A DNA stretch of 64,000 nt from assembly GCA_030604825.1 (NCBI GenBank), contig JAUVVB010000006.1, forward strand, positions 5,781 to 69,780, in the 5' to 3' direction. Under the pieces are notes generated by a model that was not told the origin of the DNA, did not search any database, and was given only the letters and a program-made list of their open reading frames with translations. This document shows positions 1 to 9,920 of this stretch, one piece after another. The position numbers and the translations under genes were made by a program. The stretch comes from Chloroflexota bacterium. GTDB taxonomy: Bacteria; Chloroflexota; Dehalococcoidia; E44-bin15. Each line of letters opens with the position of its first letter. Position 1 is the stretch's first letter.

Positions 1-690
1 GAGGCCACCCTGGCCGCCCTCAGGCGCCGCCTGGATAGCTTGAGGAGGCTTCGCTTCCTGGTGCCCCATGCCCGGGATAACGCCATCAAGCGCATCCTGG
101 AATATCTGGACCGGGGGATAAATGTGGTCCTCGAGTTTGGCAGGTACACCGACATCACCGCCTACATGCTGGTGGCAAACCTGCTCACACGCCGCATCCA
201 TGCCCAGTATCGGGAGAGGATGGAGCGGGCGATGGGGGAGGATATCGCTAAACCCAAACCCCTGGTCATCACCATAGAGGAGGCGCACAAGTTCCTCAAC
301 CCCGATATCGCCAGGCAAACCATATTTGGCACCATTGCCCGGGAGATGAGGAAGTATCACGTCACCCTGCTGGTGATCGATCAGCGCCCCAGCGGCATCG
401 ATGGTGAGGTGATGAGCCAGATAGGGACCAAGATAACATGCCTCCTGGATGATGAGCGGGACATCGAAAGCGTGCTCACCGGGGTTTCGGGGAAGGGTGA
501 GCTCAAGGAGGTTCTCTCCAAGTTGGACACCAGGCAGCAGGCGCTCATCTTCGGCCATGCCGTCCCCATACCGGTGGTGGTGAGAACCAGGGAATACGGG
601 TCGCCTCAGTCCTATAAGGAGCTTGGCTTCCGAGAGGCGATAGAGCTAAAGAAGAAGGCGGAGGAGGAGACAGAGGATCTCTGGCGCTGA
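1..690 (+). CDS. HerA/DUF87-like P-loop ATPase, C-terminal part (gene begins upstream of the window)
   Basis: The open frame runs from nt 1 with no start in the window. The C-terminal region has the Walker-B-like 'LVITIEEAHKFL' and 'LLVIDQRPSGID' arrangement typical of HerA/DUF87 ATPases. Stop at 688-690 (TGA). Confidence 0.45.
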   Translation, partial: EATLAALRRRLDSLRRLRFLVPHARDNAIKRILEYLDRGINVVLEFGRYTDITAYMLVANLLTRRIHAQYRERMERAMGEDIAKPKPLVITIEEAHKFLNPDIARQTIFGTIAREMRKYHVTLLVIDQRPSGIDGEVMSQIGTKITCLLDDERDIESVLTGVSGKGELKEVLSKLDTRQQALIFGHAVPIPVVVRTREYGSPQSYKELGFREAIELKKKAEEETEDLWR

Positions 691-703
691 CGTTGAACCG
701 GAA

Positions 704-2179
704 ATGGCCAAGAGGAGCCGACGACCATCGGTGAGAACGGGAAACTTCAAAAAGCGTCATGCCCTTATCGAGGAGGTTGCCACTACCCTTGCCCCCCATC
801 AGGCCTTTGAGCTTTTCAAGGATAGGCGCTTCAGCTTCTTCCTCGATAGCGGCATGGACCCTCAAAAGCTGGGGCGCTACTCCTTCATCGGCAGCGACCC
901 GTTCCTCATCCTGAAAAGCCGTGGCACGGAGATCAGCCTTATCTATGGCGATAGGCAGGAAGCGATATCGGGCAATCCCTTTGATGTGCTGGGGGAGCTC
1001 CTGGAAAGATATGCCCTCCATCCCTGCCCTTCCCCCATCCCCCTCCTCGGCGGTGCCGTGGGCTACTTCAGCTACGACCTGTGCCACTTCATAGAGCGCC
1101 TTCCCTCCACCGCCATCGATGACCTTGAGATTCCCGAGTGCTATCTGGCCTTCTACGATGCCATCCTCGCCTTCGACAACCTGGAGGGCAGGGCCTACGT
1201 CGCCGCCACCGGCTTCCCCGAACTGGATGAGGATCGAAGGCAAAGGAGGGCTAGAGAACGCTTCTTTGAGCTTAAGCAGCAGCTGGCGAGGGCGCCCCTT
1301 GCTGAAGAAGCGCCCCCTCCTATCGAGGCCCCGGTTTTGCTTCGCTCCAACTTCAGCCATGAGGGGTATGTCAAGGCGGTAGCCGATGCCAGGGAATACA
1401 TCTGCGCCGGGGACATCTTTCAGGTCAACCTTTCGCAGCGCTTTGAGGCGGAGCTACCCATCGCCCCCTACGAGCTCTATCGCAGGCTGCGGCGGATAAA
1501 TCCCGCCCCCTTTGCCGCCTACCTCAACTTCGATGGCGTGACCATCGTCAGCGCCTCGCCAGAGAGGTTCCTTCGCCTTCAGGGAGACCTGGTGGAAACC
1601 CGCCCCATAAAGGGGACCCGCCCCCGTGGGAGCTCGGCTGAGGAGGATGAGGCGCTGGCCGGGGAGCTTGTTCACAGCGTCAAGGACCGCGCCGAGAACG
1701 TGATGATCGTCGACCTGGAGAGGAATGACCTGGGGAGGGTGTGCCGCTATGGGACGGTGAGGGTGAGGGAGCTTTGCCTGCTGGAGAGCTATGCCACCGT
1801 TTTTCATCTCACCTCAACGGTGGAGGGGAGATTGCACCCCGGTAAGAACCGCATCGACCTGCTGAAGGCGACCTTCCCCGGCGGCTCCATTACCGGTGCC
1901 CCCAAGGTGCGGGCCATGGAGATCATCGATGAGCTGGAGCCAACGAAGAGGAGCGTCTATACTGGCTCCATAGGTTACTTGAGCTTCGGCGGGGAGATGG
2001 ATCTGAGCATCGTCATCCGCACCTTCATCATTAAGGAGGGCAGGGCATACTTTCAGGTGGGTGGAGGGATCGTCTATGACTCCGACCCCGAGGCAGAGTA
2101 TGTGGAGACCCTGGACAAGGCGAAGGCCCTCATCGAGGCGCTGAGCCTATCCCCGCAACTGGCGATGGAGGGCAGGTGA
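704..2179 (+). CDS. pabB: aminodeoxychorismate synthase component I (chorismate-binding enzyme; PabB/TrpE family)
   Basis: 491 aa with the chorismate-utilising-enzyme motifs 'SPERFLRL' and 'GGSITGAPKVRAMEIIDELE'. It is followed by a GATase and a class-IV aminotransferase (pabA, pabC), which favours PabB over TrpE. Confidence 0.75.
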   Translation: MAKRSRRPSVRTGNFKKRHALIEEVATTLAPHQAFELFKDRRFSFFLDSGMDPQKLGRYSFIGSDPFLILKSRGTEISLIYGDRQEAISGNPFDVLGELLERYALHPCPSPIPLLGGAVGYFSYDLCHFIERLPSTAIDDLEIPECYLAFYDAILAFDNLEGRAYVAATGFPELDEDRRQRRARERFFELKQQLARAPLAEEAPPPIEAPVLLRSNFSHEGYVKAVADAREYICAGDIFQVNLSQRFEAELPIAPYELYRRLRRINPAPFAAYLNFDGVTIVSASPERFLRLQGDLVETRPIKGTRPRGSSAEEDEALAGELVHSVKDRAENVMIVDLERNDLGRVCRYGTVRVRELCLLESYATVFHLTSTVEGRLHPGKNRIDLLKATFPGGSITGAPKVRAMEIIDELEPTKRSVYTGSIGYLSFGGEMDLSIVIRTFIIKEGRAYFQVGGGIVYDSDPEAEYVETLDKAKALIEALSLSPQLAMEGR

Positions 2180-2754
2180 TCCTGGTAATCGATAACTACG
2201 ATTCCTTCGTCTATAACCTGGCTCAGTATATCGGGGAGCTGGGAGGGGAGCCCGCAGTTTATCGCAATGACCAGATCACCCTGGATGAGATGGAGGCCCT
2301 CAGCCCAAGTCACATCGTGATCTCCCCCGGCCCGGGCACGCCCCTGGATGCGGGGATCTCCAACGATGTGGTGCGCCATTTCGGGGGCAAGGTCCCCATC
2401 CTGGGGGTATGTCTGGGGCATCAGTGCATCGGATATGCCTACGGCGGCATCATCGTGAGAGAGGTGCCAACGCATGGTAAGGCCTCTCTTATCTACCACG
2501 ATGGCAAGACCATATATGAAGGTCTTGCCAATCCCTTTGAGGCGGGGCGCTACCACTCCCTGGTCATCGAGCCCAAAAGCTTGCCCTCCTGTCTTTTGGT
2601 CAGCGCCAAGACCGAGGACGGGGTGATTATGGGGGTGCGCCACCGGGAATGGGTGGTGGAGGGGGTTCAATTTCACCCCGAGTCCATCCTCACCGCGGTG
2701 GGACACGACGTTTTGCGCGTATTCCTCGGCTTCCAGCATGCGGTGTGGGGGTAA
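2176..2754 (+). CDS. pabA: aminodeoxychorismate/anthranilate synthase glutamine amidotransferase component II
   Basis: 192 aa starting 'MILVIDNYDSFVYNLAQYIGELG', with the catalytic 'GVCLGHQ' Cys. Its start overlaps the pabB stop by 4 nt. Confidence 0.8.
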   Translation: MILVIDNYDSFVYNLAQYIGELGGEPAVYRNDQITLDEMEALSPSHIVISPGPGTPLDAGISNDVVRHFGGKVPILGVCLGHQCIGYAYGGIIVREVPTHGKASLIYHDGKTIYEGLANPFEAGRYHSLVIEPKSLPSCLLVSAKTEDGVIMGVRHREWVVEGVQFHPESILTAVGHDVLRVFLGFQHAVWG

Positions 2755-2758
2755 ATCG

Positions 2759-3619
2759 ATGGAGGAGCTGGTTTATCTCAATGGGATGCTGGTTCCCGCT
2801 GCAGAGGCCAGGGTCTCCCCTCTGGATCGCGGCTTTCTCTATGGCTATGGCCTTTTCGAGACCATGCGCGCCTATAAAGGGCACGTTTTTCGCCTGGAGC
2901 GGCACCTGGCTCGGCTGAGGCGCTCCGCCCAGATGCTTGGCCTCTCCCCCCAGCTAGATAGCTATGATCTGGAGCAGGCTATCTATAAGACGTTGGAGGG
3001 CAATCGGCTTGAGGACGCCCGCATTCGGCTCACCGTTTCCGCCGGCCCCGGAGAGAGGCAGGTGGCGCCTCCAAGGGATGCCATCACGGTGATGGTCTCT
3101 GCCCAAAGGCTCATCCTGCCACCGCCACGGGTTTACCGCAGAGGTGTCTCCGCTACCATCGTCAGCATCAGCAGAAACAGCCTTTCTCCGCTTTCGCAGA
3201 TCAAGGCCACCAGTTTCCTGGATAACCTTCTGGCCTATTCCCAGGCCCTGTTGCTGGGGGCAGAGGAGGCCATCCTGCTCAATGAGAGGGGATTTGTGGC
3301 CGAGTGCAGCACCAGCAATATCTTCTTAGTAGCTGAGGGAATATTGACCACTCCCTCTGTGGAAAGCGGCATCCTGCCCGGGATCACCCGGGAGGCGGTT
3401 CTGGAGCTGGCTCATGACCTGGGTATCGAGGTGGTGGAGGGGGAAATCCCGGTGGCAGACCTCTTCCGAGCGGAGGAGGCCTTCCTCACCGCATCGGTGA
3501 GGGAGATCGTGCCCATAACCAGCGTCGATGAGAAACCCATTGGCACAGGCAGGCCTGGGCCGGTGACGAGGAGGCTGATGGCAGCCTACAAGGAGCTGGT
3601 GGGACGAGAGACATGCTGA
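2759..3619 (+). CDS. pabC: aminodeoxychorismate lyase / class IV (branched-chain/D-amino-acid) aminotransferase-fold protein
   Basis: Fold-type IV PLP enzyme signature ('LDRGFLYGYGLFETMRAY', 'ECSTSNIFLV'). The likely start is the ATG at 2759 (MEELVYLNG), just after the pabA stop. The ORF track starts at 2738. Confidence 0.7.
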   Translation: MEELVYLNGMLVPAAEARVSPLDRGFLYGYGLFETMRAYKGHVFRLERHLARLRRSAQMLGLSPQLDSYDLEQAIYKTLEGNRLEDARIRLTVSAGPGERQVAPPRDAITVMVSAQRLILPPPRVYRRGVSATIVSISRNSLSPLSQIKATSFLDNLLAYSQALLLGAEEAILLNERGFVAECSTSNIFLVAEGILTTPSVESGILPGITREAVLELAHDLGIEVVEGEIPVADLFRAEEAFLTASVREIVPITSVDEKPIGTGRPGPVTRRLMAAYKELVGRETC

Positions 3620-4764
3620 AGCTGTTCCCCCTCTATGTGCTGGGCTTCTGCAGTTACATCAGCTTCACCCTCCTCTTCCCGGTGATACCCGATTATGCTG
3701 CTTCCCTTGGCGCCTCGGTTCCGCTGGTGGGGCTGGCGGTGGGCATCTCCTCCTACATCACCGCCCTCTTGATGATCCCCTTCGGCATGCTTTCCGACAG
3801 GATAGGAAGGCGAACCCTGCTGCTCGCTGGGCTGGTCCTCTATATCTTTTGCCCCCTCCTCTACCTGGTGGTCTCGGATCCTATCCAGCTCCTGCTGGTG
3901 CGAGCCTTCCATGGCCTTGCCTCCGCCGCCTTCATCCCGGTGGTCCATGCCCTGGTGGTGGACATGGCCCCCGTTGAAAGGAGGGGGGAGGCTATGGGCT
4001 GGTATACCGCCTCCACCCAGTTGAGCTTCATAGCGGGGCCGCTCATCGGGGGCTTCATTCTCAACTACGTTGGATTTGATGCCGTCTTCTATAGCTGTGG
4101 CGTAATCCCGTTTTTGGGTCTGCTCTTCATCCTCCCCCGGCTGGCCTTTATCTCCCCGAAGCCGATAGCGGCGGTGGAACGCTCCTGGGGCTGGATGAGG
4201 CAGCGGCGTAGCTTGGGCGCCCTGCTAACGCCCCTGTTCATCACCATCGGCTCAGGCACCATAATCGCCTTCATGCCCCTCTATGGAGGGGGCTTTGGCA
4301 TCGAGGCAGTCAGGATAGGGATCATCATCACCGCCGTCTATGCCAGCTCGGCACTGCTCCGGGCTCCGGCAGGCTGGCTATCAGACAGGATAGGAAGGGA
4401 GCCCCTCATCCTCGGCGGCTTCCTCACAAGCGCCGTTGCCATAGCCTTTATCTCCTTCCTTACCTCCTTCCCCTGGCTGGTGGCGGCGGCCATTTTCTTT
4501 GGTCTGGGCATGGGCCTGGCCATGCCGGCAAGCTTTGCCCTGGTGGCAGACCTCGCCCCTCCTGGCGCCAGGGGGCTCACCATGGGCGTGGCCAACAGCT
4601 TCCTCCAGGCGGGCATAGCCATCGGCGCCACGGTGATGGGCGCCATTGCCGGGGTAACCGGCTTTCCCGCCATGTTCCGCATCTGTGCCCTGAGCCTGAT
4701 TGCCGGCCTGGCCATCATCTTCTACCTGATCCGCAGCGCCCGGCGGCGACCCTCCTCTGATTGA
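3613..4764 (+). CDS. MFS transporter
   Basis: 383 aa with about 12 predicted TM helices, and the MFS motif 'GMLSDRIGRR' repeated in the second half as 'GWLSDRIGRE'. Confidence 0.75.
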   Translation: MLKLFPLYVLGFCSYISFTLLFPVIPDYAASLGASVPLVGLAVGISSYITALLMIPFGMLSDRIGRRTLLLAGLVLYIFCPLLYLVVSDPIQLLLVRAFHGLASAAFIPVVHALVVDMAPVERRGEAMGWYTASTQLSFIAGPLIGGFILNYVGFDAVFYSCGVIPFLGLLFILPRLAFISPKPIAAVERSWGWMRQRRSLGALLTPLFITIGSGTIIAFMPLYGGGFGIEAVRIGIIITAVYASSALLRAPAGWLSDRIGREPLILGGFLTSAVAIAFISFLTSFPWLVAAAIFFGLGMGLAMPASFALVADLAPPGARGLTMGVANSFLQAGIAIGATVMGAIAGVTGFPAMFRICALSLIAGLAIIFYLIRSARRRPSSD

Positions 4765-4810
4765 CCCTCCTTTTCCGCCATGCTATCATGCTATAACTTG
4801 ATGGGGGGAT

Positions 4811-5740
4811 ATGGTGGAAAGGCTGGAGAAGACAGAGCAAGGGGTAAGGCGGGCCAGGGAGAGCTGGTTCAGCAGGGTGGTGCACCTCTTCGATCGCGTT
4901 ACCGTGGCCGAGGGGCTGTGGGAGGAACTGGAGGAGCTCCTCATCCTTGCCGATGTGGGGGTGGCCACCACCGCCAAGCTCCTGGAGCGGGTTAAGCACA
5001 GGGTGGAGGGGGAGGGGCTCAGGGAAGGGCCAGAGATTCGCACCGCCTTAAAGGAGGAGATGGTGCGCATGTTGAGGGTGGATGAGCCTCCTCGCGATGT
5101 CGCCCAGCCCATACCCCTCTCCCCGTCGGGGCTGACGGTTATCCTGGCAGTGGGGGTGAATGGGGGGGGGAAGACGCTCTCCATCGCCAAGCTTGCCCAC
5201 CACTTTGGGCAGCAGGGGAAGAGGGTGGTCCTAGCTGCCGCCGATACCTTCAGGGCAGCGGCTATCGACCAGCTTAAGATATTGGGGCAACGGGTGGGGG
5301 TGGAGGTTATCTCCCAGAAGCCGGGCGCCGACCCCGGGGCGGTGGTGTTCGACAGCCTGGAGGCGGCTGCCAGCCGCGGCGGGGATGTGGTGATCATCGA
5401 CACCGCAGGGCGTCTGCATACCAAGTTCAACCTCATGGAGGAGCTGAAGAAGATCAAGCGGGTGGCGTCAAGGAAGGACCCCCAGGCACCCCATGAGGTT
5501 CTGCTCGTCCTGGATGCCACCACTGGGCAGAATGGCCTGGCTCAGGCCAGATACTTCACCGAGGCGGTGGGGGTTACCGGCATATTCCTGGCCAAGCTGG
5601 ATGGCACCGCCAAGGGGGGGATTGTGCTGGCGATCTGCGATGAGCTGAAGATACCCATACTGTTCATCGGCACCGGTGAAGCCCTGGATGACCTGGCCCC
5701 CTTTGAAGCCCAAACCTTTGTCGAGGCGCTATTCTCTTGA
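4811..5740 (+). CDS. ftsY: signal recognition particle receptor FtsY
   Basis: SRP GTPase NG domain: '[15 protein letters not shown]' (G1), 'DTAGRLH' (G3), '[10 protein letters not shown]' (G4). Confidence 0.85.
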   Translation: MVERLEKTEQGVRRARESWFSRVVHLFDRVTVAEGLWEELEELLILADVGVATTAKLLERVKHRVEGEGLREGPEIRTALKEEMVRMLRVDEPPRDVAQPIPLSPSGLTVILAVGVNGGGKTLSIAKLAHHFGQQGKRVVLAAADTFRAAAIDQLKILGQRVGVEVISQKPGADPGAVVFDSLEAAASRGGDVVIIDTAGRLHTKFNLMEELKKIKRVASRKDPQAPHEVLLVLDATTGQNGLAQARYFTEAVGVTGIFLAKLDGTAKGGIVLAICDELKIPILFIGTGEALDDLAPFEAQTFVEALFS

Positions 5741-8100
5741 TCGAGGCTTTTGTCTGGTGGCTGTCCGTTGAGCTTTTGGGCTTCATCGCCCTGCCGGCCA
5801 CCTTTTTGCTGTTTAAAAAGCTGCCCGATAGGGGATACGCCTTTGGCAAGGCGCTGAGCATCCTCTTCGTTTCCTATTTACTATGGATTGCCGCCTCGGC
5901 CCATATCCTGCCCAACACCAGGTGGGCCATCATCCTGATCATCGCCGTTTTGGCCCTGGCATCCCTTTTCCTGGCCATCCGCCGCCGCCATGAGCTTGCT
6001 AACTTCATCTCCCAGAATCGCAACCTGATCATCGCCACCGAGCTCATCTTCCTTTTCGCCTTTGTGCTATGGTGTGTGATTCGCGCCTATAACCCCGACA
6101 TCCTCTTCGGCGAGAAGCCCATGGACTTCGCCTTCCTCAATGGCATCCTGAGGAGCGATTACTTTCCCGCCCACGACCCCTGGCTCAGCGGTTTTTCCAT
6201 CAGCTACTATTACTTCGGCTATCTGATGATGGCCACCCTGACCAAGCTCACCGGGATAGCTAGCAGTGTCTCCTTCAACCTCTCCCTGGCCCTGGTCTTT
6301 GCCCTCACCGCCATCGGGGCGTTCAGCATCGTCTATAACCTGGTTCGGATGATGCGGGGGAGGGCTGCGGCAGCCATGGGCTTTGGCCTGGTGGCAGCGG
6401 GGTTTGTGCTCCTCCTGGGCAACCTCGAGGGGGTGCTGGAGCTGTTCCACGCCAACGGCCTGGGCTCCCAGGGATTCTGGGGCTGGGTGGGCATAAACGG
6501 GCTGGACCAGCCATACCAGAGCATAGCCTGGCATCCAACAGATCATTGGTGGTGGTGGAGGGGTACCAGGGTTATAGATACCGTGGTTGCCGGCACCAGC
6601 CTGGATTACACCATAACGGAGTTCCCCTTCTTCAGCTTTCTGTTTGCCGATCTCCACCCCCATCTCATGGCGCTGCCCTTCGTGCTGCTGAATCTGGCCT
6701 TCTGCCTGGAGCTGGTGAGCTCCTCGCTTTCCCCCGGATTCGACTGGCTGAAGGCAAACTGGCCCAAACTTCTGGTTTTTGCCCTCTGCCTGGGTTCGCT
6801 GGGCTTCCTCAACACGTGGGACCTTCCTACCTACGCCTTCTTGTTCATCCTCATGGCGTTTATAGCGGCGTATAGGGCGCGAGGCAAGGTGGACCTGCAC
6901 TTGATAGGGGATGTGGCAGTATTTGCCGTGCCGCTGCTCGCCTGTGCCTTCTTATTCTACCTACCCTACTATATCGGACTTCAAACCCAGGTTCAAGGCA
7001 TAGACCTGGTTGGCGATGTGGACACCCGTTACTTTCATTTCTTCATTATCTGGGGCTTTCTGTTATTTGTGGCGGTCTCCTTTGTTCTGGCCCAAACATG
7101 GGGAGCGCTGAGGCAAAGGCTTCCCTCCTGGAAGGAGTCCTTGTGGTCGATCGTGCTTCCCATCATCCCGCTGGCAGCCTGGCTCCTTTGGGGGCTGGCG
7201 ACCCACACTGACGCCTCCATCCTGCAAAAGTTCGTCCATATCCTCCCCCTATTGGCAATCCTGTTCCTGGTTCTGCTGGTGATCTTCAGGAGATCGCAAA
7301 TCATGGCGAAATCCGGGGACGAGGGCGAGAAGGCCTCCCTCTTCGTGCTGCTTCTTCTCTTTACCGGCTTCCTCATCACCATGGGCTGCGAGCTCTTCTA
7401 TGTCAACGACCTCTTCGGGCCGTGTTGCGAACGCATGAACACGGTGTTTAAGCTCTACTACCAGGCCTGGATCTTGCTCGCCATCGGCGGCGCCTTCGGC
7501 CTCTATTACCTGGGCACGCGCTGGAAGGCGGCAAACATCCCCGGGAAATTGGCTCGCGCCTTCTGGTGGGCGGCCTTTGCCATACTCATAGCCGGCTCCC
7601 TCATCTATCCCCTGGCGGCAACAGCCACCATGACCAATTCCTTCGGTGACCAGCCCACGCTGGATGGGCTGGCCTTTGTGGAGCGCAGCAACCCCGCAGA
7701 ATACGAGGCCATAAAATGGCTAAACAGCAATGTGGAAGGCGCGCCGGTGATCGTTGAGGCTTTCGGCGGCTGGGTGGCCGGCGCCTTCACCAATTATTAT
7801 CGCATTTCCGCCCGCACCGGGTTGCCCACCATCCTGGGATGTCCCTACCATGAGCTGCAGTGGCGCGGCCCGGACCAAGATTTCGGGGGCAGGGAGCAGG
7901 ACATCAACCTGATCTATCAAAGCGAGGATATGGGACAGGTAGAGATGCTCCTGAAGAAGTACGACGTCACCTATGTCTATGTAGGACACCTGGAAAGGGA
8001 GCAGTATGGGGAGGATGTGGGGCGGAAGTTCGAGGATTTCATGGACGTGGCCTTTGCCAACGAAGGGGTGACCATCTATGAGGTTAGGGAGGAATGGTGA
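5737..8100 (+). CDS. DUF2298 / Chlor_Arch_YYY-domain polytopic membrane protein (GT-C-fold-like)
   Basis: 787 aa with many TM helices and a conserved 'SISYYYFGYLMM' YYY motif. I recognise this as the TIGR03662/DUF2298 family found in Chloroflexi and Archaea. Confidence 0.7.
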   Translation: MIEAFVWWLSVELLGFIALPATFLLFKKLPDRGYAFGKALSILFVSYLLWIAASAHILPNTRWAIILIIAVLALASLFLAIRRRHELANFISQNRNLIIATELIFLFAFVLWCVIRAYNPDILFGEKPMDFAFLNGILRSDYFPAHDPWLSGFSISYYYFGYLMMATLTKLTGIASSVSFNLSLALVFALTAIGAFSIVYNLVRMMRGRAAAAMGFGLVAAGFVLLLGNLEGVLELFHANGLGSQGFWGWVGINGLDQPYQSIAWHPTDHWWWWRGTRVIDTVVAGTSLDYTITEFPFFSFLFADLHPHLMALPFVLLNLAFCLELVSSSLSPGFDWLKANWPKLLVFALCLGSLGFLNTWDLPTYAFLFILMAFIAAYRARGKVDLHLIGDVAVFAVPLLACAFLFYLPYYIGLQTQVQGIDLVGDVDTRYFHFFIIWGFLLFVAVSFVLAQTWGALRQRLPSWKESLWSIVLPIIPLAAWLLWGLATHTDASILQKFVHILPLLAILFLVLLVIFRRSQIMAKSGDEGEKASLFVLLLLFTGFLITMGCELFYVNDLFGPCCERMNTVFKLYYQAWILLAIGGAFGLYYLGTRWKAANIPGKLARAFWWAAFAILIAGSLIYPLAATATMTNSFGDQPTLDGLAFVERSNPAEYEAIKWLNSNVEGAPVIVEAFGGWVAGAFTNYYRISARTGLPTILGCPYHELQWRGPDQDFGGREQDINLIYQSEDMGQVEMLLKKYDVTYVYVGHLEREQYGEDVGRKFEDFMDVAFANEGVTIYEVREEW

Positions 8101-9860
8101 TCGGCCGGTTGCGCTCCTTTTTTAGCTGGGATATTGCCCCTTATCTGCTTCTTGCCGCCATTGCCCTGGCGATGCGCCTCTGGGACCTGGGCTATCGTGC
8201 CATCTCCCACGACGAAAGCCTTCACGCCATGTATTCCTGGTATCTCTATCAGGGGCAGGGCTATGAGCATATGCCCATGATGCATGGCCCCTTTCAGTTC
8301 TTTGGCAATGCCTTCAATTTCTTCCTCTTCGGAGATAGCGACTTCACCGCTCGTCTTCTCCCCGCCCTCATGGGCACGGCACTGGTATTGCTTCCCTTCT
8401 TCCTTCGCCAATACCTAGGCCGCTGGGGAAGCCTGGCGGTGGCAGCCCTGCTCGCCTTCTCCCCCACGCTGCTCTACTTCAGCCGCTACGCCAGAAACGA
8501 CATCCTTATCGCCTTCTGGACGCTCCTTCTGGTCATATTCATCTGGCGCTATATCGCAGAGAGGAGGCCGAGGTACCTTTATTTTGGCGCTGCCACCTTG
8601 AGCCTCAGCTTCTGCACCAAGGAGACGACCTATATCGTGGTGGTCATCTTCGCCAGCTTTCTTCTCATGGTAGCGGCCGGCGAGCTGATAACGAGAGCTA
8701 GGAGGTTTGACCTCAAGGAACTGTCCCCTGCTGCCGAATATCTGACCCTGATCGGTACCCTTTCGCTTCCCCTTTTCTGCGCCCTCTTGCTATCGGCACA
8801 TACTAATCTAGCCCCGGGGTGGGGGAAGGTGTTCATTCTAGCCCTCCTGTCCCTGGTCTGCGCACTGTTCACAATCTGTGCCGCCATCGGGTTACGCCGT
8901 ATGCCCCTCCGTTTGCTCATCAGCGCCCTCATCTTCTATGGCATCTTCACCCTGCTCTATACCAGCTTCTTCACCCACCTCTCCGGCTTTGGCAGTGGCA
9001 TCTGGGGCACCGTTGATTACTGGGTCGCCCAGCAAGAGGTAGCCAGGGGGGGGCAGCCCTGGTATTACTATTTCCTCCTCATATCCTTCTACGATTTCCT
9101 GCCCCTGCTTCTGGCCTCCATCGGTGCTATCTACTTCTTGGTGAAGAGGAGCCTCTTCTCCTGGTTTCTGATCTACTGGATGGCGGCCAGCCTGGCCATC
9201 TATTCCTGGTCTGGGGAGAAGATGCCCTGGCTATCCGTCTATATGATCCTGCCCGCCATCCTCCTCGGGGGCAATCTCATCGGCAGGCTCTTCCACGAGG
9301 TGGATTGGCGGCGGGCAAGGGCTGGGGCGCTTAGGGCAGGCGCCCTCGCCGCCCTTCTCCTCCTCTTCTCCTTCAGCGTAAATGTGGCGTGTCAGGCGAG
9401 CTACCAGCGGGGCGATGCCCCTCCCCAGATGCTGGTCTATGCCGGTATATCCGCCGATGTGCCCCCGATCAGGGACGAGATCGAGAGGGTGGCGGAGCAG
9501 AGGGGGGAGGGGAAGGAGATGAGGGTAACCGTTGATGCTGAGCTCACCTGGCCCTGGGCGTGGTATCTGAGGGACTACGCCGTGGACTACCCCGACCTTT
9601 CCGCCATGGATCAACCGCCCCTGGGGACGGTTCTGTTGCTGGATGCGGGCAATGAATCTGTGGCTCAACCCTATCTGGGGAAATATGGCGATGGGCAAAG
9701 ATTTCATCAGCGCCTGTGGTTTCCCGAGGAATATAGAGAATACCGCTTCTTCGATTCCGCCAGCTGGGGATGGTGGTGGCACTACTTCCTTGAGCGTAAG
9801 ACCCTGGGCCCCTATTGGTCCACGGAGGGCATCGCCTATTTCCCCCTGAGCACCCCTTGA
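8094..9860 (+). CDS. TIGR03663-like GT-C fold membrane protein (PMT_2/ArnT-like putative glycosyltransferase)
   Basis: 588 aa polytopic protein with an N-terminal 'SHDESLHAMYSWYL' motif, resembling dolichyl-phosphate-mannose / 4-amino-arabinose transferase family members. Typically encoded next to YYY proteins. Confidence 0.65.
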   Translation: MVIGRLRSFFSWDIAPYLLLAAIALAMRLWDLGYRAISHDESLHAMYSWYLYQGQGYEHMPMMHGPFQFFGNAFNFFLFGDSDFTARLLPALMGTALVLLPFFLRQYLGRWGSLAVAALLAFSPTLLYFSRYARNDILIAFWTLLLVIFIWRYIAERRPRYLYFGAATLSLSFCTKETTYIVVVIFASFLLMVAAGELITRARRFDLKELSPAAEYLTLIGTLSLPLFCALLLSAHTNLAPGWGKVFILALLSLVCALFTICAAIGLRRMPLRLLISALIFYGIFTLLYTSFFTHLSGFGSGIWGTVDYWVAQQEVARGGQPWYYYFLLISFYDFLPLLLASIGAIYFLVKRSLFSWFLIYWMAASLAIYSWSGEKMPWLSVYMILPAILLGGNLIGRLFHEVDWRRARAGALRAGALAALLLLFSFSVNVACQASYQRGDAPPQMLVYAGISADVPPIRDEIERVAEQRGEGKEMRVTVDAELTWPWAWYLRDYAVDYPDLSAMDQPPLGTVLLLDAGNESVAQPYLGKYGDGQRFHQRLWFPEEYREYRFFDSASWGWWWHYFLERKTLGPYWSTEGIAYFPLSTP

Positions 9861-9920
9861 TTGCAGCACAGGTTTCATTGCACTATAATGCCCTGGGGCT
9901 TTGGCCCGGGAGATAAATAG

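Noticed and set aside
545-1360. Long antisense/overlapping ORFs inside annotated genes (for example 545-1360 -, 6067-6900 -, 12434-13225 -, 22025-22849 -, 28528-29391 +, 37122-37961 +, 42273-43502 +, 45537-46517 +, 49965-50951 -, 55289-56098 +)
   Set aside because: These are typical shadow ORFs of high-GC DNA. Each is fully contained in a gene with strong homology on the other strand or frame, and their products are low-complexity Arg/Pro/Gly-rich.
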